Virus genome (UHGV): UHGV-1809260
Strand: one strand, 5' to 3'
DNA from: a virus
DNA length: 16,081 nucleotides
Each line of letters starts with the position of its first letter. The stretch's first letter is position 1. The notes under the pieces were generated by a model, which saw only the letters and a program-made list of their open reading frames with translations, was not told the DNA's origin and searched no databases. Below, piece by piece: positions 1-7,232 of the stretch. Position numbers and translations under genes: made by a program.

Positions 1-118
1 TAGTGTTTAAATGTCATGAATCCTCCCGGTCGGGATAATGTTGTGAGTCAGATAAGGAGCGAGCTGAAGTCCGGAAGTTACAGGACAATTGCAGGAGGAA
101 GACTACAGCCCGCAATAC

Positions 119-144
119 GAAAAAGGCCGCGCAGTTGCGCAGCC
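119..144 (-). terminator. Intrinsic terminator-like hairpin (minus strand)
   Basis: Plus-strand ggccgcgcagttgcgcagcc (125-144) forms an 8-bp stem with one G-U pair when read on the minus strand; followed on the minus strand by a run of six U (plus-strand A-run 119-124). Confidence 0.5.
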
Positions 145-199
145 TTATGAATTCTGGTTAAAATCCATTCGATTATAAAAATGTATATCTCATGCTGTT

Positions 200-225
200 G
201 CCCGAACCCACTCGGGCTTTTTTTT
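200..225 (+). terminator. Rho-independent terminator (plus strand)
   Basis: Perfect hairpin gcccga-acccac-tcgggc (200-217) immediately followed by eight T (218-225). Confidence 0.6.
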
Positions 226-233
226 GCCCACAA

Positions 234-485
234 GAAAGCCCCTCCGGAGAGGGGCTAAAGCCGCGTATCTGTATCATCATGCACATGGTGCCGGGTGCCT
301 CCCGGTGAGTTCAGCCCGGTGCCACTAAACCCGCGTCATTCTCGTTTTGATAATCAGAGATTATACCGTCACCAGTCGCCCCTCCGCTCAGGGGGATTCA
401 CCATGCGAAATTTTTTTAACAAATGCCCAGTCTGACAGGCAACTGTCAACTTACTGAATTGTGAGCAACATAGCATTTAACGGGG
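234..485. repeat. Paralogous structured unit A (~250 bp), copy 1 of 2
   Basis: Shares conserved blocks with 721-969: gaaagcccctccggagaggggct; catggtgccgggtgcctcccggtgagttcag; gcccctccgc-cagggggattcaccatgc; ttttaacaaa; ctgaattgtgag; aacggg. The blocks are separated by divergent spacers. Contains perfect hairpins gcccctc-cgga-gaggggc and ccggg-tgcct-cccgg. Confidence 0.6.
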
Positions 486-502
486 AACCTGTTTTCTGCA
501 GT

Positions 503-529
503 AAAAAGGCCCACCGGAGCGGATGGGCC
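503..529 (-). terminator. Intrinsic terminator-like hairpin (minus strand) between the two repeat units
   Basis: ggccca-(10 nt loop)-tgggcc at 508-529; on the minus strand it is followed by five U (plus-strand A-run 503-507). Confidence 0.5.
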
Positions 530-720
530 TGGAAGGATAGCGGTCATGTGATGCCGGTTTCCCGGTAACTCAGCACCGGTATCTGAGTCAACGTTTTCTC
601 TACTGGGTCATTTCCGATACGCCCTGCCTGCTGACAGGCTTTCATCACATCTGAAAATATAGCACCCTGACTGATACTGTAGTACCCAAGGTTCCAGAAA
701 CTGTGATGTATCCGGCACAG

Positions 721-969
721 AAAAGCCCCTCCGGAGAGGGGCTGGAGAGTGGCGCTATGTGCCATTGCATGGTGCCGGGTGCCTCCCGGTGAGTTCAGTA
801 TCAGCACCTGAACCCGCACAGAAAGGATAAGGGTCGGTGACAAAACACCAGTTGCTGATTGCCCCTCCGCACAGGGGGATTCACCATGCCAGTTTCTTTT
901 AACAAACTCCCCGCAAACCAGACAACAGTCAACCGCCTGAATTGTGAGGTATTTAAAAATTTCAACGGG
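721..969. repeat. Paralogous structured unit B (~250 bp), copy 2 of 2
   Basis: Same conserved blocks and the same two hairpins as unit A, in the same order and orientation; on the minus strand the gcccctc-cgga-gaggggc hairpin is followed by uuuucugug. Confidence 0.6.
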
Positions 970-1058
970 TAACTGATACCCTGCTAATCGCCTGATGCTT
1001 TCTTTTTCAGCAACGGGAAAGCAACAACCACCACACCCACCAGCCGCCCATTTACCAC

Positions 1059-1086
1059 AAATAAAAAAGCCTTCACTGCGGAAGGC
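1059..1086 (-). terminator. Intrinsic terminator (minus strand) at the 3' end of the 59-codon ORF
   Basis: Hairpin gccttc-actgcg-gaaggc (1069-1086); on the minus strand followed by uuuuuuauuug (plus-strand A-run 1063-1068). Confidence 0.5.
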
Positions 1087-1252
1087 GTCTGTAACAACCG
1101 AACTGATAGTCTGCCAGACCCGCCATAACCAGCTGGGTCAGTATTAACTGGCAGCGTTCGCGTGAAAGGTAAGTATTCTGCGCAATCTCCCCGACTGTCG
1201 CCGGGTAGGTGACGCTTAATTCATTAAACACCACTCTGGCGGTTTCTGTCAT
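1073..1252 (-). CDS. Small hypothetical protein (59 aa), not in the supplied ORF track
   Basis: Hand-translated from ATG at 1252 to TGA at 1073-1075: MTETARVVFNELSVTYPATVGEIAQNTYLSRERCQLILTQLVMAGLADYQFGCYRRLPQ. Lies between the tR'-like terminator and another terminator. Ribosome-binding site is weak (AGGA only one nt from the ATG). No family recognised. Confidence 0.25.
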   Translation of the reverse strand: MTETARVVFNELSVTYPATVGEIAQNTYLSRERCQLILTQLVMAGLADYQFGCYRRLPQ

Positions 1253-1387
1253 ATCCTACTGTTTTAGCATGTCTTTTTCCCTTTTCCGGTTAACGTGACA
1301 TACCAATAACTCTTGTCTAAAAAGCCAGCAAGCTGAAAGACAGGTATTCACCACCAGCACGTTTACTGTACTGATGCGATTTCAGTC

Positions 1388-1412
1388 ATAAAAAACCCGC
1401 CAGGCGGCGGGT
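1388..1412 (-). terminator. tR'-like intrinsic terminator immediately downstream of the Q gene
   Basis: Hairpin acccgcc-aggc-ggcgggt (1395-1412); on the minus strand followed by six U. It sits ~60 nt downstream of the Q stop codon, the arrangement expected for the terminator that Q-modified RNA polymerase reads through. Confidence 0.6.
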
Positions 1413-1471
1413 TTAAGTTGTGTGGCGTAGTAACCACTCTTAACATACTGACATACTTTTTGCGGACCGCG

Positions 1472-1864
1472 CTAATCATTTTTTACTTTTTTGGGCAGCC
1501 AGTCGTCCATCTCCAGCCTTACACCCAGCATCGACAGACATCCGTCAATAAATCCTTCAGCAATCTGCATCTCAATTCGTATTGCCTTTTCGCTCTTCTT
1601 TCTTGTTCTGGCAATCTGCCTTTTTGATATGCGCAGCAGATAATGAGCTACCAGCAGCGAATACTCGTCCGGTTTTTTCTTCTTCAGGCGCGTAAGGCAG
1701 TTTTCGATGATAAGGCCGTCATCATCGCTGCAGGCCGGGCGAGGTTTAGCGGTGGATGGTAAAAGGCCTTTAAATCCAGCAGCTATCGGAGAATAGTCCA
1801 CCCCGGCGTTACCACTTGCCGCCCATGCCCCCCAGCGTTCGAGAACCATCTGAATATCACGCAT
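1472..1864 (-). CDS. Late-gene antitermination protein Q (QuuD / phage 21-82 type)
   Basis: Translation from the ATG at 1864 begins MRDIQMVLERWGAWAASGN...SPIAAGFKGLLPS, which I recognise as the small Q-family N-terminus. GGAGA Shine-Dalgarno 6 nt upstream of this ATG. The ORF-track start at 1879 is a TTG extension. Confidence 0.8.
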   Translation of the reverse strand: MRDIQMVLERWGAWAASGNAGVDYSPIAAGFKGLLPSTAKPRPACSDDDGLIIENCLTRLKKKKPDEYSLLVAHYLLRISKRQIARTRKKSEKAIRIEMQIAEGFIDGCLSMLGVRLEMDDWLPKKVKND

Positions 1865-1881
1865 CAACTTTCTCCACAAAA

Positions 1882-2871
1882 TCAGGACAGCACACCAATC
1901 GCCAGCGCGCGATCGATAAAACGAAATATCAGCTCCAGCTGGGAGCCATACTTCTCTTCAAATGCCACGGTATCCGCATGCAGCTCGTCGTGATGCTTTC
2001 TGCACAAAGGCAACACAAAGAGGTCATGCGCTTTTGTACCCATTCCGCCCTGACCGTGACCTATCAGGTGGTGGGGATCATCAGCAGGTTTTCCACAACA
2101 TGCGCACGGCTGCGTCTTAACCCAGCGCGTGTACTTTTCATTAACCCAGCGGCGACGTTTTGGGCGTAACATAAAAGACTCCGGCGACTCCGGATCCACT
2201 TTCAGCGCCAGCACCTTTTTCGCTTTATCCCGGATAATACTGGTGGCGGGAACCGAAGGCACAAGGTCACTTTCCCGGGTGACAGACGGCACAACCGTCT
2301 TCGGTAATCTCAGTACCTTACGGGCTGCACTTTCCGGTAAGGCATCCGCCAGGTCATTACGAACCAGCCACCAGCACAGTTCCGGCATTGTCACAACGTG
2401 ACTGTCATCAAAACCAAGATCACGGCGCACAACAGACAACACCCAGCGGGCACAGTTATCCGTTGCCATTGATTCCAGCCGTTCCGTGAACTGGTCACGG
2501 AGGAGATTGTCACAGTGCCAGCACAGACGGATTGCGCCTGGCGCGTGCCGCATTGTGGTCATGTTCTCGCTGTGCCAGTCGGAATGAGGCCACTGACAGC
2601 CCTTTTCACGAAGTAACCAGCTCTCAAGGCATTCCACGCCACCAGCACGACGGATCACCGCCTCATTGCGGAACACGGCCCGAACGGCAGGATCATCCGC
2701 CAGCGGTTGTGATGCCGCCGGAACGGCACCACTGGCGAAAGATGAATAACGCTCCGGCTCAGGCTCCAGCAGGACACGCCCCTGCATAAACAGGGGCATC
2801 AGCTCTGAACCAGGCCTGAACAATACGATCCCCATACGCGGGGCAATTTCAGGGGTCAGTAGTGCTCTCAA
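1882..2871 (-). CDS. DUF968 (YdfU-like) prophage protein with C-terminal HNH-like Cys/His motif
   Basis: 329-aa ORF; C-terminus CACCGKPADDPHHLIGHG...LPLCRKHHDELH has a CxxC...HH...CxxHH pattern typical of HNH/zinc-finger nuclease-like modules. Position immediately upstream of Q matches DUF968 genes in lambdoid prophages. Confidence 0.7.
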   Translation of the reverse strand: MRALLTPEIAPRMGIVLFRPGSELMPLFMQGRVLLEPEPERYSSFASGAVPAASQPLADDPAVRAVFRNEAVIRRAGGVECLESWLLREKGCQWPHSDWHSENMTTMRHAPGAIRLCWHCDNLLRDQFTERLESMATDNCARWVLSVVRRDLGFDDSHVVTMPELCWWLVRNDLADALPESAARKVLRLPKTVVPSVTRESDLVPSVPATSIIRDKAKKVLALKVDPESPESFMLRPKRRRWVNEKYTRWVKTQPCACCGKPADDPHHLIGHGQGGMGTKAHDLFVLPLCRKHHDELHADTVAFEEKYGSQLELIFRFIDRALAIGVLS

Positions 2872-2880
2872 CGTAGAACC

Positions 2881-3396
2881 TCACAGCACAATCTGTTTCA
2901 GTTTCTGTACCGCTTTCCCCATATCCGCCATAGCATCAACAAACTCATCAAATTTACGACTTGCCATTCCATACGCCTGGAGGATTTCCAGTTTCAGAGG
3001 ATCCAGTTGCTTTTTAATTTCCGCACGATCATTAAATTTCTTCTCTGCTTCTTCCGCAGCCCTGATCAGCTCCTCAGCATGCCTGCGTAATTCATCCGGA
3101 GTAACGGTCTTTTTAATCACAACGGGTTCCTCTGTTTTTACTGGTATTTCACTATTTACTGCCTGATGTCCAAATTTAGGATGATGTAACGTTGTAGTTC
3201 TTCCATCATTCGCAACGACCAGAAGTCCACTGTCGCGGATAATGCCAATGAGTATCTCCTTATCCCTTTTATTCAGTAGACTGTACGCCTGCACTTTCTG
3301 TGATATCTGGGTCAGTGTTGCGCCTTCCGGCATTCGTTCAACAAAACGTTTAACCCTGGATAAAACTGGCTGCAGATGGGGTGGTGTAATTCTCAT
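2881..3396 (-). CDS. Hypothetical phage protein (171 aa), possible winged-helix N-terminus and coiled-coil C-terminus
   Basis: ORF with GGGAGG Shine-Dalgarno 8 nt upstream of the ATG at 3396. C-terminal region is rich in E/K/A heptad-like sequence. No family recognised. Confidence 0.6.
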   Translation of the reverse strand: MRITPPHLQPVLSRVKRFVERMPEGATLTQISQKVQAYSLLNKRDKEILIGIIRDSGLLVVANDGRTTTLHHPKFGHQAVNSEIPVKTEEPVVIKKTVTPDELRRHAEELIRAAEEAEKKFNDRAEIKKQLDPLKLEILQAYGMASRKFDEFVDAMADMGKAVQKLKQIVL

Positions 3397-3411
3397 GCTC
3401 CACGCCTCCCA

Positions 3412-4227
3412 TCAGTGAACGGTATCGAGCAGCTTTAACAGCTCAGGGAATCGGGATTCGAAGAAATGCGGCTGCGTCTCGCGCGGATTTGCAGGACTGG
3501 TGATGTTCTTGCCGAACATGCAGCCTTTCGCTGTCAGCGACCAGAATTTTTTGATGTTGTTAATCGCGGTACGGCTGTATCGTTCGCGTTGTTCAACGAT
3601 CCCCAGCTTCGCCATCTGGTGATATGCCTGATTAGCCGTCAGGCGGATACCATACTGCTTCAGCAGTGCACTCAGCGACAGCGTAGGGCGGCTTGAACCA
3701 TCTGGCGCATCAGCAGGTGCATCAATGGCATAGATCGGCATAAGTTCAGGAAGACCAGCTACCTTTGATAATTTCTGGTATGCACCAAGTTTCGAGGAGT
3801 TTGACAGATTTAGAGTCTTTGCTGCTGATTCAAGCAGAATGACCCCGGATTTAATTTTGTCGGATGTGGTTTCTTCTGGTGATGAATTATGAAGCGCATC
3901 AAAAGTACGTATCACTTTTAAGCTGAATGCCGGGCTGATCCACATTGCATATGCATAGACCAGCTCTTTACAGACATACGTCCCACCATTGCGCCCCTGA
4001 ATGGTGATGACAGGAATACTACGGGAATCTCCCGTAGTTTCTTCTTCCAATAATTCCACAAGAGCCTTCGTTTCAGGACGACGCATAAACTCGTGAACTT
4101 CCAGCGAACGGGAGGAGCGATTCTCACCAGCGGCAAGAAGAGCAGCTTTCTGAAGGTCGTTAAGACAGTAGTTAGATTCGAAGTACTGGCGCACAGAAAC
4201 GCCATCAATTACAAGCAACTGATTCAT
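3412..4227 (-). CDS. KilA-N-like domain protein (antirepressor-like)
   Basis: ORF 3412-4239; preferred start is the ATG at 4227 (MNQLLVIDG...), preceded by GGAGA; the track start at 4239 is GTG. N-terminal segment with WISPAFSLKV resembles KilA-N/APSES-type DNA-binding domains (recollection only). Confidence 0.55.
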   Translation of the reverse strand: MNQLLVIDGVSVRQYFESNYCLNDLQKAALLAAGENRSSRSLEVHEFMRRPETKALVELLEEETTGDSRSIPVITIQGRNGGTYVCKELVYAYAMWISPAFSLKVIRTFDALHNSSPEETTSDKIKSGVILLESAAKTLNLSNSSKLGAYQKLSKVAGLPELMPIYAIDAPADAPDGSSRPTLSLSALLKQYGIRLTANQAYHQMAKLGIVEQRERYSRTAINNIKKFWSLTAKGCMFGKNITSPANPRETQPHFFESRFPELLKLLDTVH

Positions 4228-4389
4228 TGGTTTCTCCACAAATTTTTATCCACGAGCGGGACTGCACTCCCTTTTCGTTGATGCAGGATGAACTTACTGC
4301 GATTTTTAATAGTTATCAAGGATACACTGTTCATAAATACAGTATCTTTAACGAGGTAATACCCAAATTTAGGGTGTTGCTCAATTCCG

Positions 4390-4785
4390 TTACCGAGTTG
4401 CTAATTTGCAACTCGCTTTTTCGTACTTACTGATAGTGATCTCGACCTTCCCTTCCGGGATAACCGGTCCCCACTCCACCAGCATTCTTTTCACCTGGCT
4501 GTCGTCTTCCCACACACCCGCGTGGGTCAGGGCGTCAAACAGCGCCTTGTTATAGTTGTCCAGATCGCGGATCCGGTTATCCGGAGGAAACAACACGATC
4601 TCCACTGAAGCAGGTGCCGACGTTGGTTTCGGCAGACGACGTAACTGCTCAACTATTGCTGCACACGCCGCGCTCTGGAATTTTCGCCCCGCCGCGCTTA
4701 TCAGGCTCTTACCAGCAAACGCCCCTTTGTTAGGGTGTCGCCAGTACGTGTTCACGCTGGGCGGAAAAGGCAGTATTAGCTTCAT
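4390..4785 (-). CDS. rusA: Holliday-junction resolvase RusA
   Basis: 131 aa; MKLILPFPPSVNTYWRH...RDLDNYNKALFDALTHAGVWEDDSQV matches the conserved RusA pattern (PPS-N-YxRH...RDLDN...A.FDAL...DD.QV). Start ATG overlaps the upstream stop (ATGA). Confidence 0.85.
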   Translation of the reverse strand: MKLILPFPPSVNTYWRHPNKGAFAGKSLISAAGRKFQSAACAAIVEQLRRLPKPTSAPASVEIVLFPPDNRIRDLDNYNKALFDALTHAGVWEDDSQVKRMLVEWGPVIPEGKVEITISKYEKASCKLATR

Positions 4786-5108
4786 ACTTTCAGGCCCCTC
4801 TCATGTAACCAGTGGGTTGCACGCAGCCTTGCGTTTTCCTCACCGGCAAGCAGTGCGCGGATAATCCCGACCGCCTCGCTGTCGTCGTCCTTCATCGCAG
4901 TATGAAGCGTTATCCCCCGGGCCACGCCACGCTTTATCGTGATGACGCCTTTTTTCTCCAGTGCGCGAAGATGCTCCACCGCTGCATTCACCGAACGGTA
5001 TCCCAGCATGGTTGCCACCTCCTGATTGGTTGGCGGGAAGCCACGTTCTTTCTGATAAGAAATCAGCATATCCAGCACCTGCTGCTGGCATTGAGTTAAT
5101 GTCGTCAT
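4782..5108 (-). CDS. LexA N-terminal DNA-binding-domain-like protein lacking the S24 peptidase domain
   Basis: 108 aa; LTQCQQQVLDMLISYQKERGFPPTNQEVATMLGYRSVNAAVEHLRALEKKGVI parallels the LexA winged-helix domain. No Ser/Lys peptidase module follows. ATGA overlaps at both ends. Confidence 0.7.
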   Translation of the reverse strand: MTTLTQCQQQVLDMLISYQKERGFPPTNQEVATMLGYRSVNAAVEHLRALEKKGVITIKRGVARGITLHTAMKDDDSEAVGIIRALLAGEENARLRATHWLHERGLKV

Positions 5109-5758
5109 GCCGCCATCTCCCTGACCAGTTTTTCCGCCTGCTGGCGAGCCTGCGCCAGAAATGCCTCACCACATGCCTCAAGTTCATCGCGCCCGATGTA
5201 GCTGATTGCCGCTCCCTTCCAGGTCTTGTCGAAAACAGCAATAGCACCAGCGAAGAAAGCACCTGTTGGCACCTGCTTTTCGTCTTTCGGGATAAACCAG
5301 GCTGGCAGTTCAAAACCAATACGCCCGCGAATAAAAGCAATATGATCTGCATCTTCCGGCCACCACACTTCGCTGGTGGCCGCTTTGATCAGGAAAACAT
5401 AGCGCCCGCCTTTATCACGCATGGCACTGGCATGCTTCATGATGTAACGCATGCCGGTGATGTATTGTCCCTCATGCTGACTGGCGCGGCTGTACGGGGG
5501 ATTACCAAAGGCAGCACCTTTAAGCTCCGCAAGACGTTCTGACCAGTCATGTGCCAGCGCGTTGTCTTCCGCCGTGTAATACGCGGCACATTTGGCGTTA
5601 TCACCGTCAGTAAACAGATCCAGAACAAACGGGCCAAACAGGGTGTTAATTCCCCAGAAAATGTTGTCCGGCGTGCGCCACTGATCGCCCACTTCCTTCA
5701 GTTCATGGGCTGGTTTGTTCCGTAGTTCCACCAGCGCCTGGCAATATTTATTACTCAT
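5105..5758 (-). CDS. Phage DNA N6-adenine methyltransferase (Dam-like)
   Basis: FGNPPYS catalytic motif IV (NPPY) within the 228-aa ORF. Preferred start is the ATG at 5758 (MSNKYCQ...) with GGGGG Shine-Dalgarno; the track start at 5791 is GTG. Confidence 0.85.
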   Translation of the reverse strand: MSNKYCQALVELRNKPAHELKEVGDQWRTPDNIFWGINTLFGPFVLDLFTDGDNAKCAAYYTAEDNALAHDWSERLAELKGAAFGNPPYSRASQHEGQYITGMRYIMKHASAMRDKGGRYVFLIKAATSEVWWPEDADHIAFIRGRIGFELPAWFIPKDEKQVPTGAFFAGAIAVFDKTWKGAAISYIGRDELEACGEAFLAQARQQAEKLVREMAA

Positions 5759-6246
5759 TAAGCCCCCACGTAATTCCCTGACAGATACCACTCATCACCC
5801 GCTACAGCGCGCTTTCTGCTTTTCCGTAAGCACCGCTCACGACGCGCCAGAAAATTGTTTCGTTCTGGCTGGGAGTGGCTTTCACGGAATGCCGCCATCC
5901 ACACGGTTGCAGCACGACGGTATAAGCCCCTGGACTCCAGTTCTTCCGCCTGGCGGGTCAGGCACAAAATCACCCGGGGATCGTTAGTGCCGACATAGAA
6001 ATTGCGCACAGGTATGGTTTCAAGAACAGGTTGCAGTTTCTCCTCCTGCGATATCTCAGCCTGGTGTGGGAAATGTCTGCGTGTTTTCCCTTCACAACAG
6101 TGAGCCACACGGCCACTCTGACGTAACTTGCTTGCTGACTGCAGAACGCACTGTCGTGAGTAACCAGCAAAAGCATCCGCAATGTCACCTGAAGTACACC
6201 CCGGATGGGCTTCAATGAATTTCTGTACATCGTTCATCAGACTCAT
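5758..6246 (-). CDS. Hypothetical regulatory protein, possibly PerC/ANR-like
   Basis: ORF 5758-6252; preferred ATG at 6246 preceded by GGGGG. C-terminal LTRQAEELESRGLYRRAATVWMAAF resembles the motif of PerC-family small regulators (recollection, low certainty). Its stop overlaps the methyltransferase ATG (TAATG). Confidence 0.5.
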   Translation of the reverse strand: MSLMNDVQKFIEAHPGCTSGDIADAFAGYSRQCVLQSASKLRQSGRVAHCCEGKTRRHFPHQAEISQEEKLQPVLETIPVRNFYVGTNDPRVILCLTRQAEELESRGLYRRAATVWMAAFRESHSQPERNNFLARRERCLRKSRKRAVAGDEWYLSGNYVGA

Positions 6247-6248
6247 GA

Positions 6249-7232
6249 TCACCCCCTGAATCCTGTCGGGATCTGGCTGTAGTCCACGTTGTCGTAACTG
6301 GCTTTGAAGTACGGGTCCTCGCGTCTGGCTGCAGATACCGCAGGAACTTCCCAGGATTCTTCGAAATGACGATCCGGACCAAAGAACGTGACAGCCTGTT
6401 TCACAAATTGTGTGCCGCTATTGCCCATCGCAGATACCCAGCCCGCGTAGCGTTTCACACCTTCCAGCATGGTTTCGGGGTTTACCCCCTCGTTCAAACG
6501 GGCTTTCCAGGCTTTGAAGGCTGCTGATTTTGAATTGCCACCAGCACGTTTGGGATATTCCTGCCAGGCCTGTTCAAATTCCGGTGAATATTCCTGTCGG
6601 GCAGAACGCGCTGGCGCAGACGCGTCAGCGGATGCATCAATAGTGTTTTTAGTCTCCGTTGTAATCTCTGTAGTAATCTCTGTATTTGTATCAACATTCG
6701 GCGTATCCCCTGTTCCGTTATGACGTCGGGGGGTGTTCCGTTTTAACGTAATAGCTGTATCGCTGATTGCATTATTGCTGTTACTTTCTGGCGAAACAGA
6801 AGAAGGTGTGGTGATGGCCGCAATTGCCTGTGGGTTGATCCCGACAAACAAAATATTGCTGCATTTCACCCCATCGAGCATTTCCACCGTGCGTAAATCC
6901 AGAGTAATAAACCCTGCATCGCGCAGACGCTTCAGCGCATCTGCGGTTTCCCTTTTCCCGAAACCAAACTGCTCAGCAAACGCCTGGTAGCTTCTTTGCA
7001 GTTTGTCGCCCTGAAAACGCTTGCGATATCCCAGCAACGCTCCGGTGTGCTCATCCCTGACCTCTGTCGGGCGGTACCAGTAAACGATCTCTGAAAGCAG
7101 AGCGATAGCCGTCGCATCCGGACGCCCACTGGGTAGTCGAATATATTTCCACCAGGTCGCAGGTGTAACATTGCCGGAAATATTAATTTGACCAATAGCC
7201 ATAACTTCCGGTGTGGGGGCGTAACGGCTCAT
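6249..7232 (-). CDS. Phage replication initiation / replisome-organiser protein (O-like; YdaU/DUF1376-like C-terminus)
   Basis: 327 aa with perfect AGGAGG Shine-Dalgarno 4 nt upstream of the ATG at 7232. Has a winged-helix-like N-terminal region, a low-complexity linker (TEITTEITTE, DASADASA) encoded by tandem DNA repeats, and a conserved-looking C-terminus (EFEQAWQEYPKR...FKAWKARL). Confidence 0.65.
   Translation of the reverse strand: MSRYAPTPEVMAIGQINISGNVTPATWWKYIRLPSGRPDATAIALLSEIVYWYRPTEVRDEHTGALLGYRKRFQGDKLQRSYQAFAEQFGFGKRETADALKRLRDAGFITLDLRTVEMLDGVKCSNILFVGINPQAIAAITTPSSVSPESNSNNAISDTAITLKRNTPRRHNGTGDTPNVDTNTEITTEITTETKNTIDASADASAPARSARQEYSPEFEQAWQEYPKRAGGNSKSAAFKAWKARLNEGVNPETMLEGVKRYAGWVSAMGNSGTQFVKQAVTFFGPDRHFEESWEVPAVSAARREDPYFKASYDNVDYSQIPTGFRG
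6661..6684. repeat. Tandem 12-bp iteron-like repeat inside the replication gene (candidate origin)
   Basis: GTAATCTCTGTA occurs twice in perfect tandem (6661-6672, 6673-6684), flanked by partial copies (ccgttgta; tttgta). This is analogous to lambda ori iterons lying inside gene O. Confidence 0.4.

Noticed and set aside
380-410. ERIC-like enterobacterial repeat (gtgaatcccc ... gactgg on the minus strand)
   Set aside because: Similarity is limited to ~15 nt and the unit lacks the long imperfect palindrome of ERIC elements; recollection of the consensus is imperfect.
456-466. lac-operator-like sequence GAATTGTGAGC (also near 938-948)
   Set aside because: Matches only one half-site of lacO over ~10 nt and lacks the symmetric partner; most likely coincidence within the conserved repeat block.
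544-843. 99-aa minus-strand ORF
   Set aside because: It runs through two terminator hairpins and into repeat unit B, has no ribosome-binding site, and its reading frame is not conserved in the paralogous unit A.
234-969. CRISPR array
   Set aside because: Only two copies, each ~250 bp with internally divergent spacers; no short regular repeat-spacer periodicity.
234-969. Type I toxin-antitoxin locus (hok/sok, ibs/sib, ldr or zor type)
   Set aside because: No conserved small hydrophobic ORF on either strand of the two units; the only conserved micro-ORF (MVPGASR) is not membrane-like. Remains unresolved rather than excluded.
1-1470. tRNA genes downstream of Q, as in Stx phages (ileZ-argN-argO)
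   Set aside because: Neither strand contains a GGTTCGAATCC-type T-loop or a cloverleaf-compatible 70-90 nt segment; the repeat units are ~250 bp and not tRNA-like.
1418-2789. Plus-strand ORFs 1418-1627, 1816-2169, 2129-2401 and 2532-2789
   Set aside because: All lie antisense to the well-supported Q and DUF968 genes, lack ribosome-binding sites and have Arg/Ser/Cys-rich low-quality translations typical of antisense frames.
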